Shown here piece by piece: positions 18,966-23,545 of a stretch of DNA of 23,545 nucleotides. Positions within the stretch are counted from its first letter, which is position 1. The number at the start of each line of letters is the position of its first letter. The notes under the pieces were generated by a model that was given only the letters and a program-made list of their open reading frames with translations, ran no database searches and was not told where the DNA came from. The stretch is from Candidatus Hydrogenedentota bacterium (GTDB taxonomy: Bacteria; Hydrogenedentota; Hydrogenedentia; Hydrogenedentales; SLHB01): assembly GCA_013349485.1 (NCBI GenBank), contig DUZM01000009.1, positions 1-23,545 of the forward strand. The letters run 5' to 3'. Made by a program: the position numbers and the translations under genes.

Positions 18966-20603
18966 ATGGATATTTCCGCTCTTGCTATTGCGCTGATCGT
19001 GCTTTTCGTGGCCGTGCTGTTCCTCGCGTTCGTGATCTTATTGTCGAAGCGATACAAGCGGTGCCCAAGCAATTGCGTGCTTGTCATATACGGCAAGGTT
19101 GGCGGCCGGGGGTATAGCGCCAAGTGTATTCATGGGGGCGCGGCGTTCGTTTGGCCGCTGTTTCAGGACTTCGCCTACCTGAGCCTCGAGCCGAGCCAGA
19201 TCGAGATTCCGCTCAAGGATGCGCTGTCCATGGAGAACATCCGCGTGAACGTGCCGAGCGTCTTCACCGTGGCAATCGGCACCGAAGACGCCATCATGCA
19301 GAACGCGGCCATCCGCTTGCTCGGATTGAATACGCAGCAGATTAAGAAGCAGGCCGAGGACATTATCTTTGGCCAGCTTCGTCAAGTAATCGCCTCGATG
19401 GGCATCGAGGACATTAACCGCGACCGCGACAAGTTTCTCCACAATATCCAGACCTCGCTTGAGCCGGAGCTGCGCAAGATTGGCTTGGTATTGATCAACG
19501 TCAACATTACCGACATTACGGATGAGTCGGGCTATATCGAGGCCATTGGCAGAAAGGCCGCCTCGCAGGCAATCCAACAAGCCCGGGGCGACGTCGCCGA
19601 ACAGGAGAAACTGGGTGAGACACGCGTGGCCGAGGCCGATCGCGACAAGGCCGTCAACGTGGCCGACGCCCAAAAGCAACGCAATATCGGCATACGTTCG
19701 GCGCAGAAGGAACAAGCGGTTCGCGTGGCTGAGCTGGACAAAGAACAGCAGGTCGGCGAGAAAAGCGCCCAGTTCCAGCGTGAAGCCCAGGTAAAGGACG
19801 CGGAACGTGAGAAACGTGTCGCGGTGGCTGACGCCGAGGCGACGGCCGTCGAGGGCGAAAACTTGGCGAAGGCGCGCGTGGCGAACGCCCAGGCAGGACT
19901 CCAGGTGAAGGAGGCGGAGGCGTATCAGCTCGGCGAGACCCGTACGCGCGAGGCCGAGGCGGCCGTCCTCGAAGCCCAGAACCTGGCGATGGCCAAGGCG
20001 GCCATCGCCGAGGCGGAGCGTATCGAGCAGGAGCGGCGCGCGCAACTCGAGGCGCCCGCGAAGGCCGAAAAGGCCCAGACTATCGTCGATGCGGAGGCCT
20101 CGGCCGAGCGGCAGCGCATCGAGGCCCAAGGTGAAGCGGCGGCCATTTTCGCGAAACTCGAGGCGGAAGCAAGGGGCCAGTTTGAGACTCTCGCCAAGAA
20201 AGGCGAGGGGTTGCGACGGATTGTGGAGGCGTGCGGCGGGTCGCAGGAAGCCTTCCAGATCCTCATGCTCGAACATCTCGACAACTTGGCCGAGGCCTCT
20301 GCGAAGGCGATCTCGAACATCAAGTTTGACAAGATCGTTGTGTGGGAAGGCGGGGCCAAGGACGGCGCAAGCAGCACCGCGAACTTCCTTCATAACATGG
20401 CCCGCACGTTGCCGCCCGTGCTGCAGACTATGCGCGACATCGGCGGGGTCGAGATCCCGGAGTACTTGGCCAAACTGGCCCCGGAAGACGGTGCGCCGCC
20501 GGGTAAACCCGATGCGGCCCGGGCGCCTTCGCGGCCCAAGACGGCCGCCGGCCCGTCGCCTGACGCGAAAGGCCAACAACCGCCGCCGAAACCGGCGCCA
20601 TAG
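18966..20603 (+). CDS. Flotillin/SPFH-domain protein (YqiK/FloT-like)
   Basis: The 545-aa product has an N-terminal TM anchor, an SPFH/band-7 core, a long Glu/Ala-rich coiled-coil region, and a Pro-rich C-terminal tail. The RBS is AAGGAG. Confidence 0.9.
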   Translation: MDISALAIALIVLFVAVLFLAFVILLSKRYKRCPSNCVLVIYGKVGGRGYSAKCIHGGAAFVWPLFQDFAYLSLEPSQIEIPLKDALSMENIRVNVPSVFTVAIGTEDAIMQNAAIRLLGLNTQQIKKQAEDIIFGQLRQVIASMGIEDINRDRDKFLHNIQTSLEPELRKIGLVLINVNITDITDESGYIEAIGRKAASQAIQQARGDVAEQEKLGETRVAEADRDKAVNVADAQKQRNIGIRSAQKEQAVRVAELDKEQQVGEKSAQFQREAQVKDAEREKRVAVADAEATAVEGENLAKARVANAQAGLQVKEAEAYQLGETRTREAEAAVLEAQNLAMAKAAIAEAERIEQERRAQLEAPAKAEKAQTIVDAEASAERQRIEAQGEAAAIFAKLEAEARGQFETLAKKGEGLRRIVEACGGSQEAFQILMLEHLDNLAEASAKAISNIKFDKIVVWEGGAKDGASSTANFLHNMARTLPPVLQTMRDIGGVEIPEYLAKLAPEDGAPPGKPDAARAPSRPKTAAGPSPDAKGQQPPPKPAP

Positions 20604-20684
20604 GGTGAGAATCTTGGGCGCGACAAACGTCCGTCAGACAGCGCGCCGCCGCGCTTGCCACACGGTATCGTTATCGCCGTTCAG

Positions 20685-20709
20685 CAGCGAATCACGCGTT
20701 TGATGATTC
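20685..20709 (+). terminator. Hairpin ~80 nt downstream of the flotillin stop
   Basis: GCGAATCA and TGATTCGC are separated by a 9-nt loop (cgcgtttga). There is no U-tract, so this is a weak terminator candidate. Confidence 0.25.
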
Positions 20710-20946
20710 GCGAAGCAACTGGATGCTCCTCACGAATACCACACCGCCGTTATTGCGGGCACCGAGACTTCAAGCGATGAAATCCTCTCGATGGCGACCA
20801 ATACTCGAAACCGCATTGATTGGGGGAAGCAAATTGCCACGCCGCTCGGGGACACGCTCCTCACAATTGTAATACTAAGTTGCTTTCAAAGAGATGCTAA
20901 TTCGATGGGGCCAACAGTGCTTTGCATGACGATGGCTTTTTTACGC

Positions 20947-21026
20947 GTCATTCTGAGCAACGCGAAGAATCTCACTCTCACAGATACGTTGACGAGTTCG
21001 AGATCCTTCGCTTCGCTCAGGATGAC
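20947..21026. repeat. 80-bp imperfect inverted repeat: 27-nt arms around a 26-nt loop
   Basis: The left arm GTCATTCTGAGCAACGCGAAGAATCTC (20947-20973) pairs with the reverse complement of the right arm GAGATCCTTCGCTTCGCTCAGGATGAC (21000-21026) at 23 of 27 positions. It sits in a locally AT-richer part of a 555-bp intergenic spacer. Confidence 0.5.
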
Positions 21027-21158
21027 AGCAAGGCCACGGCTTGCCTGAAGTCACATAAGTTGATGTTTGAATGCAACTTGGTATAAAGAGGAGCAAGACG
21101 GACGTCATTACATTATGGGAAGATCCTGTAAGAGACGGTACGAACCGGAGGGGCGCCG

Positions 21159-21755
21159 CTATCGTCGTCGGCGGCTTCCTCTGGCTGGCGAGGTCTGGAG
21201 TAGGGCGGCGACACGTTCACGTAACTCGGCGATGTGAAAGGGTTTCTTGAGATAGTCGTCGAAACCGTGTTCCGGCAACTGGGCCGCGTCTTCCTCGGTA
21301 ATATAGCCGGAAATCGCCAGTATCCGCGTCGTGCGCGTCTCGGGTCGCGCGCGCACGCGCTCGCACACCATGCGGCCGTCCATATCAGAAAGGTGAATGT
21401 CGAGGATGATCAGGTGTGGGTTGTGCTCGACGACTTGCGCGCCCGCGTCGAAACCCGTGGAGGCGATGCTGATGCTGTACTCCTTGTTCTCGGCCAGTGC
21501 TGCGGGGATAATGTCGAGGTAATAGGGGTCGTCGTCCACGACCAAAATCCGCTGTTCGCCTTCCTCGAGGCGCTCGAGCGGTATGCCGTGACTTAGCATG
21601 AACTTCTTGAGGCTTTCGTACGGAATCCGCCGATCGCCACCCGGGCCGAGCCGATACCCCTCGATCTGGCCCAGGTCAAACCACCGGGAAACCGTGTCCG
21701 CCGACACGCCACAGATCGCAGCCACTTCGCCGCTCGTGAAAACCTTGTCTCTCAT
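21159..21755 (-). CDS. Response regulator with N-terminal excisionase-type HTH and C-terminal receiver domain
   Basis: The N-terminal HTH segment is FTSGEVAAICGVSADTVSRWFDLGQIEGYRLGPGGDRRIP (MerR/excisionase-family HTH_17-like). The receiver domain motifs ILVVDDDP, ILDIHLSDMDG and KKPF are present. The likely start MRDKV at 21755 has a GGAG RBS. The ORF track's extension to 21854 is probably not coding. Confidence 0.8.
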   Translation of the reverse strand: MRDKVFTSGEVAAICGVSADTVSRWFDLGQIEGYRLGPGGDRRIPYESLKKFMLSHGIPLERLEEGEQRILVVDDDPYYLDIIPAALAENKEYSISIASTGFDAGAQVVEHNPHLIILDIHLSDMDGRMVCERVRARPETRTTRILAISGYITEEDAAQLPEHGFDDYLKKPFHIAELRERVAALLQTSPARGSRRRR

Positions 21756-22194
21756 CCACGCGCTCCATCTAACCGCCGGCCTGGCCAGCGAGTAAATCGA
21801 GATTCTCGGGGTATGCGGCACTATGCCTACAAATCCTAGCATGTTATGCCGCATATTTCAAGCCGAATCCCCAGCACATTTTAGGGATTTCGTGAATTTT
21901 TCGCAGTTTAGCGCCCGTCTGACAAAGCGGCTTTGCCTAGACAGAAAAGCGGGGCGTAATGGAGACAAGGGAACGCGGCGCCGACCTCGAACGCGGCCGC
22001 AGGACGCGCGGAGCGAAACGCTTGGCACGATTCACATTGCCATCGTTCGTTCCATCGTTGATCGTAGGTGCGGAACGGTTTCTTCCTGTGCCGCAACCCC
22101 CTGCTCCGCCGGTTTGACAGTCGCGTCCGCAACGAAGCGCGTGGTATTATGGGAACAGAAGACGCCGCGACTATAGTTGCTGGGAGAGCTACCG

Positions 22195-22986
22195 ATGGAA
22201 GACTTGGCCCGGTTCGAGACCCCGGAGAATGTCACGGTGTCCTACCCGCTCGCCGGCCCCGGCACGCGGTTTGTGGCCTATTTCTTCGACGAAGTGATTC
22301 TGTTCGTGGCCATCACCTTGCTGCTGATTCTCTTGGGACTCGGGAGCGCCGTGGCCGGCACGGCCGGCCTTCTCGGGAACATGGGCGGCGACGCCCTCGG
22401 CGCGATCGCGGTTTCTGTCGTGGTGGTGGTCATCGGGTTTGCTCAGGTTGGTTACTTTGCATTATGCGAATGGTTCATGAACGGGCAAACGCTTGGGAAA
22501 CGCGCCGTGAACGTCCGCGTCGTGATGGAGAACGGCTTCTCGCTGAGTGTTGCGGGGGTGCTTGTACGCAACATCATCCGCCTGTTGGACGCCATACCGC
22601 TGCTGTGGATTGTGCCTATAGTGACGCACAAACGCCAACGGTTCGGCGACATGGTCGCCGGCACTATTGTCATCTCAGAAGAGGCCCACCCGCTTGCCAG
22701 TGTCCGGGAACAACTTGGCACGCGGCCGGCCCACGAGGCGCAGTTCACATTCACTTACGGCCAACTCGACAAAGTGGACGCATCGGAACTGGAGACCATT
22801 GAGATGTTCCTCGAGCGTTGTGGACGCCTCGGCGGCGCCGAGCGGGCCCGGCTGGCCGGGCAGTTGGCCGGCGAGATTATCCGGCGCCTCGAGTTGCCGC
22901 CCGTGGATAACGCGCCCCAACAAGAACGTTTCCTCCAAGATCTTGTTGCGGCCAGTGTGCGACGCGAAGTCAGGGAGCTTGGATGA
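22195..22986 (+). CDS. RDD-family integral membrane protein
   Basis: RDD-domain features are present: hydrophobic helices, GQTLGKRAVNVRVV...RFGDMVAGTIVI, and a soluble C-terminal tail. The ATG at 22195 follows GGGAGAG. A TTG at 22177 is the alternative start used by the ORF track. Confidence 0.7.
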   Translation: MEDLARFETPENVTVSYPLAGPGTRFVAYFFDEVILFVAITLLLILLGLGSAVAGTAGLLGNMGGDALGAIAVSVVVVVIGFAQVGYFALCEWFMNGQTLGKRAVNVRVVMENGFSLSVAGVLVRNIIRLLDAIPLLWIVPIVTHKRQRFGDMVAGTIVISEEAHPLASVREQLGTRPAHEAQFTFTYGQLDKVDASELETIEMFLERCGRLGGAERARLAGQLAGEIIRRLELPPVDNAPQQERFLQDLVAASVRREVRELG

Positions 22987-23118
22987 CCGATGCCCTAACG
23001 CGCAACGGACGCGCGGCTTCTGCATCGTGTTCGCCGCTACCGTTTCCAACACGAGTACACAGGCGCCCGAACATAGAACCGTTTTCGGGTATTTCGAGCA
23101 CACGGAGGAACAGCGTGT

Positions 23119-23545
23119 ATGCCGGGGAAGGACAGAGCGTTTCATTCGACCGACGTTCATGAAATGCGTAACGCGATTGCGCGTGTGGTGACCGCCACGA
23201 CCGTGACGGATATGCATACCCACCTATATCCACCGGCCTTTGGCGACTTGCTGCTTTGGGGCATTGACGACCTACTGACGTATCACTATCTTGTCGCCGA
23301 GGTGCTCCGCGTTTCGGCTATCCCGTATGAGCGGTTCTGGGCGCTCGGCAAGAAAGAACAGGCCGACCTGGTATGGCGCGAGCTTTTTGTCGAGCGGTCG
23401 CCGTGCAGCGAATCGTGCCGGGGCGTCTTGACCGTGCTCAATGCCCTCGGACTTGACGTAAGCGTGCGCGATCTCGACGCCTATCGCAAGTATTTCGCGG
23501 AACAAGACCCGGCCGCCCACGTGGACACGGTGTTTCGCCGCGCCA
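23119..23545 (+). CDS. Amidohydrolase-superfamily enzyme, glucuronate isomerase (UxaC)-like; partial, the 3' end is outside the window
   Basis: A manual translation from the ATG at 23119 (RBS GGAGGA, 8 nt upstream) gives an open frame to the window end. The segment DMHTHLYPPAFGDLLLWGIDDLLTYHYLVAEVLRV resembles the UxaC N-terminus (DYHCHLPP...GDHYKWRAMR). It is absent from the ORF track because it has no stop inside the window. Confidence 0.45.
   Translation, partial: MPGKDRAFHSTDVHEMRNAIARVVTATTVTDMHTHLYPPAFGDLLLWGIDDLLTYHYLVAEVLRVSAIPYERFWALGKKEQADLVWRELFVERSPCSESCRGVLTVLNALGLDVSVRDLDAYRKYFAEQDPAAHVDTVFRRA

Noticed and set aside
19038-20579. A 513-aa minus-strand ORF opposite the flotillin gene. 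Overlapping ORFs also lie at 18252..18881 (-) and 20089..20703 (+).
   Set aside because: The translation is Arg/Leu/Gly-rich and low-complexity with no domain features. It is the mirror image of the GC-rich, Ala/Glu-rich coiled-coil coding region of the flotillin, which has clear SPFH homology and an RBS.
20990-21010. A tRNA-like T-loop word, GTTCGAGATCC, raising the possibility of a tRNA gene or tRNA-derived element.
   Set aside because: The flanks form one long continuous hairpin rather than a cloverleaf. There is no D-arm or anticodon arm, and there is an extra nucleotide relative to GGTTCGAATCC.
22113-22152. A TTGACA...TATTAT pair upstream of the RDD gene as a sigma70 promoter.
   Set aside because: The spacer is 25 nt, far from the 16-19 nt optimum. 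It is not called as a promoter.
22068-23223. Overlapping ORFs on both strands in the RDD region: 22068..22802 (+), 22667..23191 (+) and 22675..23223 (-).
   Set aside because: Their products are Arg/Pro/Gly-rich shadow frames. The RDD frame has coherent TM helices and the RDD motif.
1-23545. A search for CRISPR arrays, integrase or transposase genes, rRNA or tRNA genes, and toxin-antitoxin pairs.
   Set aside because: There are no regularly spaced direct repeats. No recombinase or transposase-like ORFs were found. No rRNA-like conserved blocks or tRNA cloverleaf candidates were recognised by eye.

Overview
This is a 23.5 kb fragment of a high-GC bacterial chromosome (roughly 55-65% GC by eye). 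It contains a sharply demarcated ~2.2 kb low-GC island at about 3400-5560.

Gene content from left to right:
- A partial, membrane-anchored amidohydrolase-2 family gene on the minus strand.
- An orphan GspE/PilB/MshE-type secretion ATPase whose N-terminus carries tandem MshEN-like motifs.
- The low-GC island: an A/C-skewed intergenic region carrying a DnaA-box cluster, immediately upstream of a clear dnaN (sliding clamp) that has no dnaA beside it.
- rpoC and rpoB on the minus strand, detached from the usual rplKAJL cluster. rpoB appears to have its own sigma70-like promoter and a ~150-nt leader.
- A co-oriented SDR/aldo-keto reductase pair directly upstream of rpoB.
- A pgsA-alr-NYN(YacP-like) operon on the minus strand, ending in an intrinsic terminator.
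- A yqiJ/yqiK-like NfeD-flotillin operon with a strong sigma70-type promoter.
- A 555-bp spacer containing an 80-bp imperfect inverted repeat.
- An HTH(excisionase-type)-receiver response regulator, divergent from an RDD-family membrane protein.
- A partial glucuronate-isomerase-like gene at the right edge.

No rRNA, tRNA, CRISPR array, integrase or transposase was recognised.

The most unusual locus is the low-GC DnaA-box region plus dnaN wedged between the secretion ATPase and rpoC. It is a candidate oriC, or a xenologous clamp module, in a non-canonical context.
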